Shown: piece after piece, positions 13,105 through 26,963 of the stretch | Numbering within the stretch: position 1 is the first letter of the stretch | Layout of the letters: each line of letters starts with the position of its first letter | Origin: Callorhinchus milii | Lineage: Eukaryota | Length of the DNA: 64,000 bases | Assembly: GCF_018977255.1 (NCBI RefSeq) | Contig: NW_024704743.1 | Span: 1,674,001 to 1,738,000, forward strand | Direction: 5' to 3' | Made by a program: the position numbers and the translations under genes | Notes under the pieces: generated by a model | What the model saw: only the letters and a program-made list of their open reading frames with translations | Databases searched by the model: none | What the model was told of the DNA's origin: nothing

Positions 13105-13466
13105 GGAGTCCTGTAGCTCAGTGGTTAGAGCACTCGCCTCGCGAGTGAGAGGACCCGGGTTCGATTCCTGGGTGGGGTGAAACCTTGGGCAAGTTTCCTT
13201 ACTCCACACGCACACACGCACACGCCTCTGTTTACCGGCAGTAAATAAGAACCCAGTTGTTCATTGTTTGGGGGGGAAATCGCTTCTCAAAAAAAAAAAT
13301 AATAATTTGGTCACTCAATCCACGACTGTTTGTGGGCAATTGGCTGTTACATTTCGCCCACAAAATATATACAGTCAATTCACCTTTACAGTATATTCCG
13401 TGAAGCGCTTTGAGACATCTTAAAGACGTGATTAAGGATCTATATCAAATGTAAAGATTATTATTA
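13105..13466 (+). mobile_element. Family A SINE
   Basis: GGAGTCCTGTAGCTCAGTGGTTAGAGC (A box) ... GGTTCGATTCC (B box), (CA)n, tail with (ATT)n. Confidence 0.9.
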
Positions 13467-13639
13467 CCCTACGCCGTGCCTGATACTTTCAATGGTCTTT
13501 GGCTCCCTTTTGAGATGGGTTTGGTGGTGGTGGGGGGAAAGGCAGGTAAATGGGACTGAGAGGAACCAACACAGTTTATGGTCTAAATTGCCGTACAACA
13601 GGAGAGAACCCAGAAGCTGCACAATGCAATACCGAAGTA

Positions 13640-13845
13640 CGTTTACACAGGATGTCCCAAGGCGCTGGACAGTCAGGGATTTGGACCCGAGTTGGGGATC
13701 GGGGCGGGCGGAGGACGGGGGATAGTCAAAGAGGAGGGTTTAAGAGACACGGCTTGAAGGAGGCAAGGGAGGGGGCGAGGCGGAGAGAATGTGGGATGGA
13801 GTTCCAAAGGGTGGGGGCAGAGAGGCTGAAGGCCGGAGCCCGCTG
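13640..13845 (-). mobile_element. L2 3' fragment
   Basis: Closely similar to 3290-3500. Confidence 0.75.
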
Positions 13846-15098
13846 AGCGGAGAGGGAGCGGACAGTTCGAGAGGAAGGAGCAAGGCCATGGAGGACCGCG
13901 ACACTTAATTAAAAGTGACTGTAGATAGAGACCCTGTGCCATTTACTGTCACAGAGACGTGACGAGCTGCGCTTTGAGGAGTTGTTGAGTTACCTACAGA
14001 CGGACACTAAACGCATCACCTCAGTCAGGCCGTGACACAAAGACTAACGTTATCGACCCCCACGGTTGTAATAAACTCTGTTTGTTTTGTTATATTAAAA
14101 AATAATACAGGCAACACCGAAGCCAACATTCACAGCTGTCTTGTTGGAGACGAACACGATTTCTTTCGTGTTTGTTTCGAATCAAAGCCGTGGACTTTTA
14201 ATTAAAAGTGACGCGGGTTTTAATATCCGCTCTTTCCAGTGACAGACGTGTAATTTGTGAAACCCGGACAGTTTTATATCACTGTTATTGCAGTCAATTA
14301 GCTGTCAGAACCAAGTCGAGGGACTATTCTCCAGTTCCAAAGACTTACCCAATCTGCGAGGCTATCAGTGCTGCAGTAATGCAGAGGTCCTGCTCTTAAT
14401 TTCAATGGATTGCTTTCCTTCGATTTTATGTTAACCAACGCCCTGCCCTGTCTGTTCCTGTTCAGGTGGACATCCAAGTTCCCACAGCACTATTTGAAAA
14501 GAGAAGGGAGTTTCTCTCTCTCTCCCAGTGTCCCGGCCCACTTTAAGGGGTAATAATCCCTTAAAAAATAATAACAATTATAAAAATAATTTGGCCACTT
14601 AATCCGCGGCTGTTTGCGGGGGACGCTGCTGTGCGCAATCGGCTGCCGCGTTTCGCCCGCAAAACCCACAGCCAATTCGCTTTACAGTGTGCCCCGTGAA
14701 GCGCTTTGAGACGTCTCGAAGACGCGATCGGGCGCTGTGTCGAAATGCCGGGATTATTATGGTGAATAAAATCTGGTCATTCACTTCCTTGGCTGTCCGT
14801 GGCCGTTTGCCGTTTGCAGACCAGCTGCCTGGTCGGCCCACGAAACACGGACGCTCACTCCTCCTCCGAAGCCCCATAACCCGCAAAGCGGCTTTGAGAT
14901 GCGAGGGAGCCGCGGTCCGACACCAGGACGATTGTTACTGCTATGATCCGGATTACGTGGAGGCTATCACGACAGTGCATTGCGTTCTGGTGGATCCTTT
15001 CAAACCACTTGCCCCGTTAGTTCGGAATAGCCTCGCCGTCCGTGCAATCAAATACAAACATACCTTTGTGACGCAGAGGCGTTTCCAGTCGAGAGGAC

Positions 15099-15153
15099 AT
15101 CCTGAGCCGATCCTGAGCCGATCCTGAGCCGATCCTGAGCCGATCCTGAGCCG
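15099..15153 (+). repeat. 11-bp tandem repeat (ATCCTGAGCCG)x5
   Basis: Perfect copies read directly. Confidence 0.9.
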
Positions 15154-16023
15154 GACAACAATGACGGTTACTTTACTTTACGCCCACAAAACGCACAGTC
15201 CATTCACTTTACAGAGTACTCTGTGAAGCGCTCTGAGACGTCTCGGAGACGTGATCGGGCGCCGTGTCAAATGCCGGGATTCTTGTCGTTGTTGTTGTTG
15301 TTGTTGTTATGGGTGTGGGAGCCAAGGGCGAGGATGGAGGGGAAAGAAGACCAAAAGTGCGGTCAATATAATCTCTCTTTGAAGCATCCCAGTTGAGTCT
15401 GCCTCTGATGGGCAGTCTGAATGCTTTCAGGCTCGCTCGGCTCTTTGGCGAGTCGAGCCACAACAAACTGCATGTGTGCAGGAGGACGGCCCAAACCACT
15501 GAGCAGTCATGGATCTGCTCCTGAGCTGGTGGTTGGGATCAGGAGGGGTTGGAGGGCACAGGGGGAGGGTCGGGGTAGGAGGGTGACCAAGTGCGCGGTT
15601 GGTTGCAGAGGAGGGTCTTGAGACGGGTCTTGAAGGAGGCGAGGGAGGGAGCGATAGAAAGCAAAGGCTTTGCTCACGTGACATGCTCCGGAGAAACGTG
15701 CACAAGCACTTGTCTGATCAACCGAGAGGTTGCCTTGCGCCACAGGTTACCTTACAGGATGTGTATCGATCCGCGAGTCAATGATCTCAATTCCCTAACG
15801 CTCACCACTTTCTGAAGCATAACCTGGACTCTGTGGGTAAGAAAAAATAATCAATGGGCTCCAGGATTGTGGAGAAGAAATTACATTTAAGGACTGAGGC
15901 GATGTGTTTGTTGCTCGGCATTTTTATTCCTTTAAAGGACTGAGGTGGAGTCCTGTCGCACCATTCTATTAGATCAACCATGACCGGCTGGAGGGGCTGA
16001 ATGGCCTCCTCCTGTTCCTATGT

Positions 16024-16340
16024 TATAATAATTATCCTTGCATTTGACATGACGCTTTTCACGTCTTCTCAACGTCTCAAAGCACTTCACAGGATACGCT
16101 GTAAAGTGAATTAACTGTATATTTGTGGGCGAAACGCGGCAGCCAATTGCGCACAGCAGCGTCCCCACAAACAGTCGTGGATTGCAAATGACCAATTTAT
16201 TATTGTTTTTGGTTTTGGAGGGATTATTATTAGGCTCTGTGTGGAGTAAGGAAACTTGCCCGAGGCTCACCCTCTGCCGGGAATAGAACCCAGGTCTCTC
16301 GCTTGCGAGACGAGTGCTCTAACCACTGAGCTACAGGACT
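16024..16340 (-). mobile_element. Family A SINE, short subfamily
   Basis: Lacks the (CA)n plus GCCTCTGTTTAC...GGCGGAT block; matches 47313-47634. Confidence 0.85.
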
Positions 16341-19300
16341 GCAAATGTTATCCAAATGTTGTTGTCGTTCCTTTGATTATAACCTCAAATTTCTAATGTG
16401 AGACTCATAACCTTGTGACTCTTCAGCAAGAGCAGTACCGACTGAGCCAGTCCCACATACATTAATTGCACTCTTGCACTGGGGTATGAACCGTTTTCTT
16501 TTGGCAAGTTATGAGGAACTCGGCCGAAACCCAACCGAGAATTCCATACCTCCCACCTACACATCCATGGATTGGAATGGGATACACACTCTCTCCTTGG
16601 AGGGATGTATCCTGCTTAGCTAATGCCAGAAAGTATTATTATTATAATACATTATAACAATAATAATCCTTGCATTTGATACGGCGCCTTATCACGTCTT
16701 TGAGACGTCTCAAAGCGCTTCACGGAATATACGGTAAAATGAAGTTTGTGGGCGAAACGCGGCAGCCAATCGACTAACAACTGAGTTTCCACTGACTGCT
16801 GGTAAACAGAGGCGCGTGTGGGTGTGGGTGGGTGGCCCTGACCTGGGAATCGAACCCCAGGTCCTCTCGCTTAAGTACCTTTCTCAGACACGGATATATG
16901 TTTTACAGCTTTAAATTCAATACATTCCGTTAGGGTTAATTTCACCCTCCACTGCAATTTGAATTGAGGTCACGCAGCTGTTATTGTTTGTAATCAGAGC
17001 ACTCGGCGCTATCTCCAAAAGATAGAAAAACCTATCTGCCTCAGAGTTTGAGACCCGTGTGTTGTCTGGATAAAATACACAGTCACTCCACTTTACGATA
17101 TATTCTATGAAGCGCTTTGGGACGTCTCAGCGCTATATTAAATGCAAGGATTATTAATATTTTTGTTACACTTAGCACTTTTCGCATCAGGAGAAATCTA
17201 GAGCGCTTTGCACAACTGACTTGACGTGGTGCCCGATCTCACTCCATAGCAGTTTGCGGGACATTGCTGTGAGCAACTTGGCTGCTGCGTTTCGCTCGCA
17301 AGATACACAGTCACTACACTTGACAGTACATCCTGTGAAGTAATTTGGAACGTCCTTCTGATGTGAAAGGTGCTATGCCAAATGCACTTAGGATGAAACT
17401 AATCTTCCTCACCGCGGTTTAAACCCGACTCGTGATCCCAGGTGGAAAACAATGTCTGAAACATAACCAGGAAACAAAGTCAGAATGTCTTGAAAAATCC
17501 AAATAACCTTTCCCTAAAGAAGGGACTTAACCCAAAACTTGACCCGACTGGAGAAAGGTGTCGATAATGCAGATACAGATCGATTAGCTCACTTAAAGAG
17601 TGTGCTTAGGCAAGCACAAAATTAGGAAATTGTTCAAATGATACCAGCGATCAAAAGGTGGAGAAGGGAATACGTGAAAAATACTGCACTTACATTTAAT
17701 TATTGTTATCTTGATAGCGTTCCCTTTGAATGACTGGAACACAATGAATAGTTAGTTGAGAATGGGATTAAAATCTTGTCGGAGCAGCATTAGACGGAGA
17801 TGATAGGTCCCTCTGTGGAACGTTGCACCAACTGTAGATGGCAAGTGTCAAATAATAATCCTGGCATTTGATGCGGCGCCTGATCACGTCTTTGAGACGT
17901 CTCAAAGCGCTTCACAGGATAGACGGTAAAGTGAATCGACTGCGTATTTTGTGGGTGAAATGACGCCTAACGTAAAAGGTCAGAGTTAGACTGGTCAGGA
18001 CCCGATGAGAATTGGCTAAAGTTGAAACAGCCTTTGGAGGGAAGATCAGAGCACTCTGCGCTATCTCCAAAATAACAGAATACCCATCTGGCTCAGAGTT
18101 TGAGACCTGTGTGTTGTCACTCCACTTTACAATATATTCTATGAAGCGCTTTGGGACGTCTCAGTGATGTGATCAGGCGCTGTGTTAAATGCAAGGATTA
18201 TTATTAATATTTTTGTTACACTTATACGGCACCTTTCACATCAGGGGCGAGAACAACTTGATAAGGAATGCGATGTTTGTGTCTGGACACAGACACCGGA
18301 ATGTGTTTGTTGTGCCAAATGTATAATTTATAAATAAATAAATATTTTTCCTTTTTTTTAAAAAAAACTTGGTAATTCTACCTTTCCGTGAGTACCGTCG
18401 AGACGCAAAGGTTTCTTTTTCATTAAAAGTGATCCCGGTGAGCTTGATCACCTCAGCGTGCAAAATCTTTAATTATAAATAGTCCAAACTTTGAGGAAGT
18501 AAAGATAATCTGAGATTGACCCATTTGCTCTCAACACTAACATAAACAAATCCGGTTTGCAAATATGGTTCTGCATTTTAGACACGCCACGTCTCACATA
18601 AATCAAACAGTGATGTTGTTTATTTTTGGCAAGTTTTTTTTCACAGCTCTCTGTCAACTGTGGCACACGGCATGTTATAAATAAAACAAACCCCGTGCTA
18701 AACACCGCCTCCAAGCGTTTTATTCGAAACGCCTAGAAACAATGCATTTATCCCAAGTTATTATTGCTTGAGAGCAGCGATGACTCACTAAACGTCTCGT
18801 AAAGCGCACAAGGACGAGAAGTTGAAAAATCCTTTTCAGCTCAAATTATAATAATCCTGGCATTCGATACAGCACCTTATCACGTCTTCGAGATGTCTCA
18901 GAGCGCATCACAGAATGTACTATAAAGTGAAATGACTGTATGTTTTTGTGGGCGAAACGTGTAGTGACTGTGTACCTTATAGGCCAATGTGATAATATAT
19001 GGGTGGGTGGGGGGTGAGTGAGTGAGCGAGTCAATGAATGAATCTGCCCTGAGGGGGGTTATTCTGTGAAGCGCTTTGAGACGTCTCGAAGATGTGATAA
19101 AGCGCTATATAGAATGCAAGGATTATTATAATTATTATGATTAGGGCGGGGCGAGACCATGGTGAGAACCAGGACCTTGAATTGATCTGCTGGGGGAACG
19201 GGAAGCCAGTGGAGCTGATAGACATATGGAGCCTGGCAGGGGAGAGGACACGGGCTGTAGACTTCTAGATAGATAGTGTGTGTTCTGGTCTGTTCAGGGA

Positions 19301-19877
19301 AGAGCTGTGGAATTCAGGGAGCAAAGCACTGGCATTATCGACCCTGGACATGACGATATCTAATCATTCCTTATAGCTCGTCGCTCCAACACTGGGGGTT
19401 ATCACAAAACATTAGAGCCATCTTACTTTTTTTATTGGGAGGGAAGGGGGTGGGAGCAATTGTGTGATTGACTAGGGCATTTTTTTTTGCTGAGTTGCAG
19501 CATTTTCCAATGAGAATTGAGAATAGATCAGCCTCCAAATCAATGGCTCTAAAAAATATGGATTTACATCCATGGGGTCACGGCAGAGCTGTTCAGAGGA
19601 TAGTTGAGATGGGATGTGTGAGTGCTGGCACTTTGCAGAGAAGGAAAGGCGATACTGGATTGTTTCTAAATACCGTCTGGTTAGATAGCCTGGACCTTGG
19701 GTCTACAGAACCACAAGACAAGACAACTTTACATTGATGTCATTGACTTTCACATGGGAGGGAGACGAGGAGACAACCAACATCGCCACCCCTCTCGCAA
19801 CTCCACGTCGAACACCAACACAGGACATGTTATGTTTATCTCAGGCCTTTCGTAAGGGGAGGACATCTCACACAGCA

Positions 19878-19908
19878 TTTCACACAGATTGTTGGAATGG
19901 AATGCGTA

Positions 19909-19958
<50 letters not shown>

Positions 19959-20230
19959 GGAGGGACTCACCCTGCTAACCCAATTCCAGAGAGTATCAGG
20001 ATCCAGGTTGGCAAGAGCCAAGACTTCGGGGGGGACCCCAGGATGTGCATTGGGTTAACTGCTGGAGTTAAACCAGCTAAAACCACATAGCTTTGGCTAT
20101 TGCGGGCGCTACCTGGCAAGCTTTCCCATTGCTTGTCCAGCTAGGACCACCCAACTACCCGTTAGGGCTTTGGCTTGCAGGGTTAACAGGAGATGAGTAG
20201 GAAAGTTACTGTCCTTAGTTCCAGGTCCTG
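19878..20230. repeat. Unclassified interspersed repeat (family C)
   Basis: Reverse-complement homologue of 25235-25688 and 29121-29470; internal (CT)n. Confidence 0.75.
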
Positions 20231-22541
20231 TCCTGTCGTAAGCGGTGCCCTGGAATATTGCAGACCTGACTGGCTCCGAAACTGGACTTCTGAGATTGCC
20301 ACAGAGAATGGGCTCAATTTGTCTTAAAAGAAAAAAGTAAATTGGTCATTCAGTCCACGACTGTTTGTGGGGACACTGCTGTGTGTAATTGGCTGCTGCA
20401 TTTTGCCCACAAAGTATACGGTCAATTCACTTTATAATATATCCTGTGAAGTGCTTTGCGACATCTCAACGACTTGATAAGGTGCTGTATCAAATGCATC
20501 TTATTATTATCATGTTGAAAATAAATGGACTATTAAATCTGTGACATTTGTGCTAAATTTAAAAAGAAAAGTTTTAAAAGGTGCCAAATTATGGACCCTA
20601 TTAAAAATCCATTTTGGATGTAATCTCTCATTAGATTACTTGAAAGCTTCAGCAATTAAACCCACTAAAACTGCAGCACTAAAGTACCGCCATCGCTGAT
20701 GGAACTTTGCCGTCACGTAATTAAAGTCTTTTTGGCGTCTTGAGCAAGTGCTTCCATAATCACATATGCCACGTTATATTCTTTATGGCTGTTAGAAGCG
20801 GCGGAGTATGAGGCTTTTTTTTTAAACTAACAAAACTCCACAGGTTTTGAATGTGTCCTGCTGCAAACCGTGGGACCCAGTTGCAAATACTAAACGCAAG
20901 TCTTTGGTGTACGGATATTTTCGTTTTATAAAGAGTCAACCACAGGGGTACGGGGTGAACGACAACAAATCGCATTCACGTCGCGAGAGAGAACTCCCAA
21001 GGGTGCTGGACTGTGATGGGTTTGCGCTCGAGCTGGGGCCTGGAGTCAGGAGGGGTGGAGGGCAAGGGGGGGGGTTGGCGATGGAAAGATGACTGAAGGC
21101 TCAACCTACTCGTTAGGGCTTTGGCTTGGATTCATGCGAGCCGGTGGGGGAGGATTTCCCTGCCCCCAGTGACTGGTCGGCCCTTCCGGATCCCGCCGAT
21201 GGATGAGCCGGGCCGGGCCGGGCTGCGCTGCCAGAGGGAGAGTTTCTCATGAGTTTCTCCTGGCTAACAATCTCCAGATAAGATTGGTCATCGCTTCATG
21301 GCTGTTTGTGGGGTGATGCTGTGCGCAAAGTGCCTGCCGCTCTCACCACCAAACAAACAGTGAATCCCCTGAAGATATTTGAGACGACCTCCCGATGTGA
21401 AAGGCGCCGTCTAAATTGTAAGCGTTATTATCGATGTGTTATTGACTGAAGGCATTGCTTGCTCGTGCAGAACCAGACGGACAGCTTCGCCAGATGCCCT
21501 TTGCGTCCGCAGCCTACAGAACCTAAGATGTAAGAACAGCGAATTTCATGAGACTTCAGGTACCCATGGATTTCTGAAGAGCTGAAACACAGAGGTAGGT
21601 AATTTGAGTTCACTGTCACTGAAATTGCTCTGCTGGGTCTGAAATTCAAGTCAGTGAAGTGTGCAAATACCAGGCAGTGGGCTGATATTGGGGGCTGAGC
21701 ATTGCAATCTGAGGAATGAGTTAGACTCAACCTGTGTAATTAGAATTCCCACGCCAATGTATGACTGGAATGCATTGCACTAGAATCGACAACGATACCT
21801 TATAATAATGCTTGCGTCCGATACAGCGCCTTATATCTTCGAGATGTCTCAGAGCGCTTCACAGAAAAGTCAAGCCAAGTGACTGTACATTTTGTGGGTG
21901 AAACGCGGCAGCCAATTGCGCACAGCAGCGTCCCCCACAAACAGCCCGTGGGTCGAGTCACCAAATTGTCGTTAGTCGATTGACGGATCGGCTTTCCGGG
22001 GGTAATAATTCCTTCCAGATTAATAAAAAAAATTAATGTGGTCACCCAATCCGTAGGCACGGCCAAATAGGAATAGGACATGATGAGGCGCTATATCAAA
22101 TGGAAGGATTATTATTATTTTCAGTCAATCTTGCAAAGCGCTTTAAGATGTCCTCCTGATGTGAAAGGCGCGATATCAAAGGCAAGGATTATTATGATTA
22201 CTCACAGTGAGAATGGACAGTTTGTAATAAGATAATGCTTGGTCAACTCGAGCAGATGTATTGGAGCCACCCTGGTGACCGTCGGGGTATCCTTTTACAC
22301 ACACGCAAATGACATCTTGACAGCTTTTCGTATTTACACCATCCATTCCTCATGCCAGTTCCCTCTGGAATCTGGTGTAACCTTCTGCAGGACGTAAAGC
22401 GGCCCAATTTGACCTCGATGGCAACTCTCAAATAACGTCATCGGAAGTAGATCAAGCCACCGCACGAGGGTCTACAGTCAACTCTAGGTGCCAGCCTGGC
22501 TCAGTTGGCAGCATTCTCTCTGCATTGAGTCAGAAGGCTGT

Positions 22542-22870
22542 GGAGTCCTGGAGCTCAGTGGTTAGAGCCCTCGCCTCGCAAGCGAGAGGACCCGGGTTCA
22601 AATCCCGCCCAGGGAGGGTGAAACATTGGGCAAGGATCCTTACTCCACAAACACACACACACACGCGCCTGTTTACCAACAGTAAGTAGGAACTAAGTAG
22701 TTAGTCGATTGGCGGATTGCTGTTCCAGAGTTAATAATTCCTACAAAAAAAAGATAATTTAGTCACTCAATCCACGGCTGTTTGTGGGGGACGCTGCTGT
22801 GTGTAATTGGCTGCTGCGTTTCGCCCACAAAACATACAGTCAATTCACCTCACAGTACACTCTGAAGCAC
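22542..22870 (+). mobile_element. Family A SINE following the head of an older DeuSINE (22491-22541)
   Basis: Directly follows CAGCCTGGCTCAGTTGG...GAGTCAGAAGGCTGT. Confidence 0.8.
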
Positions 22871-23882
22871 TTGACTGTAGCATTCAAGCGTCTGATTACC
22901 ATACCATTAGATGCTGGTGATTGGGGGGGTAACGGAGTTTAGTGTGTGTGAGTATGCGGGGGGGGATGGAGTTTAAATGGAGCTGGATCTTGTGGCTGGT
23001 GGAGCTGGGGAGACGGGCGAGGAGGGCATTCGAACAGTCGAGGCGGGAGCTGATGAACATCTTTCGACCTGCTCAAGGCTCAGGAGATCAGGCCCAAGTG
23101 ATTGCGTTCGATACAAGGCTTGTAACCCGCGGTCACTGGAAGCAACTCTGCGAGATTTGCTCCACTTGCCGTCTGTAGAGAGACCTGATGGTATGGTAAT
23201 CAGATGCTCGAGCGCTACAGTGTGGGGACATATTTTTAGCCTGGCCCGCGTTACATTTTGAGGGTGATGCTCACTGTGTTAATAAATAACGTATCGCGAT
23301 CTGGATTAATTATTAACGTAAAGCGTATCATTGCTTGCCATTTCAGCTGGATGCTGCGTTGGTGATTTATCTATCAGTCTCTCCTCCACAAGGTTGTCCG
23401 TTCCCGTCGACGGTTGGTTTGCAATTTCCCTTCATAAGCGGCACTTCACCAACAAATGCAAACTCGGCAATTTTACCTCGACTTACGCTTGATTAAATCC
23501 GGCCCCAAATGCAGACTCCTTTGCTCCTCATGTCCTTTAATGACTGAACTCTTTGTTTGCCTCCGTCTCTGTGAACACCAGACCGCGATATTGGGGATTG
23601 TCAATTAAATGTGTCGTTTTCCCTTATATCAGTTATATATTAAAAAAAAAGCATCTCATCCCTGAGCATCAGCCTGGCTCAGTGATAGTGGCACTCTCGC
23701 CTCTGAGTCAGCAGGCTGTGAGTTCACGGTCTAAACTCACGGTCGAGGCTGACGCTCCGGTGCAATGCTGCAGTGCATTGTCAGAGGTGCCATAAAAATA
23801 ATAATAATAATAATAAAATAATAATCCTGGCATTTGACCCGGCGCCTTTCACGTCTTCGCGACGTCTCAAAGCGCTTCACAG

Positions 23883-24219
23883 AATAATAATAATAATAAT
23901 AATAATCCTTGCATTTGATATAGCACTTTTCACGTCGGGAGGCCGTCCCAAAGCGCTTCACAGAACACACTGTAAAGTGAATTAATTGTATATTTGTGGG
24001 CGAAACGCGGCGGCCAATTGCGCACAGCAATGTCCCACAAACAGCCGTGGATTGAAGCGAGCAATTTATTATTGCTTTTTTTTTTCTCTCTCGAGGGATT
24101 ATTATCGGGCCGTGGAGTAAGGAAACTTGCCCAGCGTTACGCCCTGACCTGCCCGGGAATCGAACCCGGGTCCTCTCGCTTGCGAGGCGAGGGCTCTAAC
24201 CCCTGAGCTACATGACTCC
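23883..24219 (-). mobile_element. Family A SINE, short type, preceded by an extra tail copy (23797-23882)
   Basis: Head, body and tandem tails with (AAT)n. Confidence 0.8.
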
Positions 24220-25096
24220 ACAATCCTGTATCCATCCACTGGATGAGACGTTAAACTGAGGTTCCCGTCTGCTTGTTCAGGTGCTACTATTCAAAAAGGG
24301 CCAACAATGCCACCGACAAAATCAATCATTCACTTTGTGACTGTTTGTGGGATATTGATGTGCACAAACTGTCTACCTCGCTTACTACTACTACTAATAA
24401 TAATAATCCTTAGCCCCCTATCACATCGTTGAGACGTCTCAAAGCCCTTCAAAAGGTACACTGCAAAGTGAATTGGCTGTGTGGGGAAAAATACTGCCCC
24501 TGCACCTCACAGTGAAAGCCTATGAAGGGCTTTGAGGCATTTCGATGGCGTGGTAATTCTTACGATAGCCGTTATTTTTCTTTGATACGAATGCAGATGG
24601 ATTCATTTCGCACGTCAGTTTGACATGACGGTTACCTCCGTCACTCCCAACTCCGTCAGAAGGAGATGTTGGGGAATGCCAATGAAGTGCGTCATCTCCC
24701 CTTATTAATAAGAAATATCTGCGAACCAAAGGGCTTCTCAAAGCGCAGCCTGGTCCCTGACCATCTTCAATTACACTCTGCTGTCCCCAAACCTCAGACA
24801 CGACATGGTTGAAATCTCAATTATTGGTTCAGAGCGTATCATTTGATTGCAATCAAAAGCCCGGTGAGATTGCAATAGTAGTTGCGTTGACGGCTGGAGA
24901 TTTCTCCTGGAGTTTCGTCCGGAGAACAGTTGCCACTGAAGGTAATATTTTTTTTTTTTTTTAATTATTTTTTCTTTTAACTCTTCAGGAGATGTTGCTG
25001 CTTTGCTTGAGCTCCAGCTGCCCGGGGCGCTCACTCAGACAGGTGGGTTCCAGCCCCACGTCAGGTCCTTGAGTTTGTACTTCAAGCTGACATTAC

Positions 25097-25688
25097 GGAT
25101 GCCTCCCTCCAGGGAGAGAGAGAGAGAGAGAGAGAGTGCATCCCATTCCAACAAACACAGCGTCTCTGGGATTTCTACGTGTCGTTGGGCTGCATGGAAT
25201 TCTCAGTTTGGTTTGGAGACTCTTAAGCACGGTATCACAGCCCGGCCTGGCTCATCGGCAGGACCTGGAAGGGCCTTCCCCTCAGCTCCTGTTAACCCTG
25301 CAGCCAAAGCCCTAGTGGGTAGGGTGGTCCGAGCTGGACAAGTAACGAGAAAGCTGGCCAGACAGTGATATCAATGGCAAGCTATGCGGTTTTAGCTGGT
25401 TAGACTCCAGCAGTTACCCCAACGCACAATCTGGGCTCTCCCCCCACCCAAGCCTTGGCTCTTGCCAACCTGTGCCTAATACTTTCCGGAATTAGGTAAG
25501 CAGGGAGCCATCCTTGGCTCTCTAGGGAGGAGAGAGAGAGAGGGAGGGAGGGAGAGAGAGAGAGAGCGCATTCCATTCCAAAAAATTACCTCTGGGATTT
25601 CCAGGTATAGGTGGGAAGCCTGGAATTCTCAGCTTGGGTTTGGAGACTCTTAAGCAGTGGTGACGGGTTCCTGAGTGTGTCAGACACT
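25097..25688. repeat. Family C repeat: partial copy followed head-to-tail by a longer copy
   Basis: The (GA)n-CATTCC...GGAATTCTCAG...GGAGACTCTTAAGCA block occurs at ~25110-25230 and ~25525-25657. Confidence 0.75.
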
Positions 25689-25949
25689 AACAAATGTAGG
25701 GCAAGGTGTTGATCGATGAGAAAGAGACTCACAAGACCAGGTATAACTAACAATTGAGGAGAGCACCGAGGCATTAATTAGACCATCCGTGATGGATGAA
25801 TCGTCTTTTCACATTTTCCAAAGGATATTTTTTGCATTTCTATCTCTTCAATGTCCTGACTGATGGTCTGGTGCAGAGCTGGGGGTGGGGAGGGGGTGGG
25901 GGGTGTGCATTGTTTAAGGGGCCGTCCTTTCAATGAGTAAGATGTTAAA

Positions 25950-26210
25950 TCGAGTCAGGGATCAGCACCCGAGCTGGAGGTTGGGACCGGGCGGTGGTGG
26001 AGGGCGGGGAGGGCAGGGGGTAGGAGGTTGACCGAAGGCGCAGTTGAAGAGGAGGGTCTTGAGAGGTGCCTTGAAAGAGACGGCTGGGGGTGGGGGGCGA
26101 GGTGGAGGGACTGTGGGATGGAGTTCCAAAGGATGGGGGCAGAAAGGCTTAAGGCCCGACTGCCGATGGTGGGGTGGGCTGGGCGGGGGACGTGGAACTT
26201 GTGCCCACAA
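25950..26210 (-). mobile_element. L2 ORF2 end and 3'UTR
   Basis: HVPRPAHPTIGSRALSLSAPILWNSIPQSL / SFKAPLKTLLFNCAF. Confidence 0.8.
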
Positions 26211-26560
26211 TATTCTGACCCAGAAACAAGAGGTCTACCCACTGAGCCACGCTGACACTGCAATATATTACCATGACATTCTGCGAAATATTATGGGGAA
26301 TAAAGTTTACATTCTTTCCCACGTATTTTATTCTGCTCTGACCGGTGGCCTATTTACATTGTTTCTGGGTGTGCAGTCTTACACTCGGACATGTATTCTC
26401 AGCGAGGATCCATCCATCCAACATTTTGATTAATTGTTTTCCTGCTTTTTCAGGTTGAGAAAGCTGTAATTCTCAGCCAAGATAATCCCTCTCCCTGAAA
26501 CCCCAAAGCCTGATCCACTCTTCAAGTGGTTTGCTGCAAGATGTATGGGTTACAAATTGT

Positions 26561-26661
26561 GGAGTCCTGTAGCTCAGGGGTTAGAGCGCTTGCCTCGCAA
26601 GCGAGAGGACCCGGGTTCGATTCCTGGGTCAGGGCGAAATGTTGGGCAAGTCTCCTCACTC

Positions 26662-26692
<31 letters not shown>

Positions 26693-26963
26693 GCCTCTGT
26701 TTACCGGCAGTCAGTAGGAACCCGGTTGTTAAGTCGATTGGCGGATGGCTTTTCCGAGGGGTAATAATAATTTCTCCAAAAAAGAATAATAAATTGGTCA
26801 CTCAATCCACGACTGTTTGTAGCTCCACTGCTTGGAACTTGCAATTGGCTGCCGTGTTTCACCCAGTCGATTTACAGTATAGGCTGTGAAGCACTTTGAG
26901 ACGTCTCGAAGACGTGATGAGGCGCTATATCAAATGCAATGACTTTATTATTATTATTATTAT
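26561..26963 (+). mobile_element. Family A SINE, full length
   Basis: A/B boxes, (CA)n, tail (ATT)n. Confidence 0.9.

Noticed and set aside
13105..13172. tRNA-Ala-like gene (and similar copies)
   Set aside because: SINE heads: they run into a shared body and tail, lack a proper acceptor stem and differ among copies.
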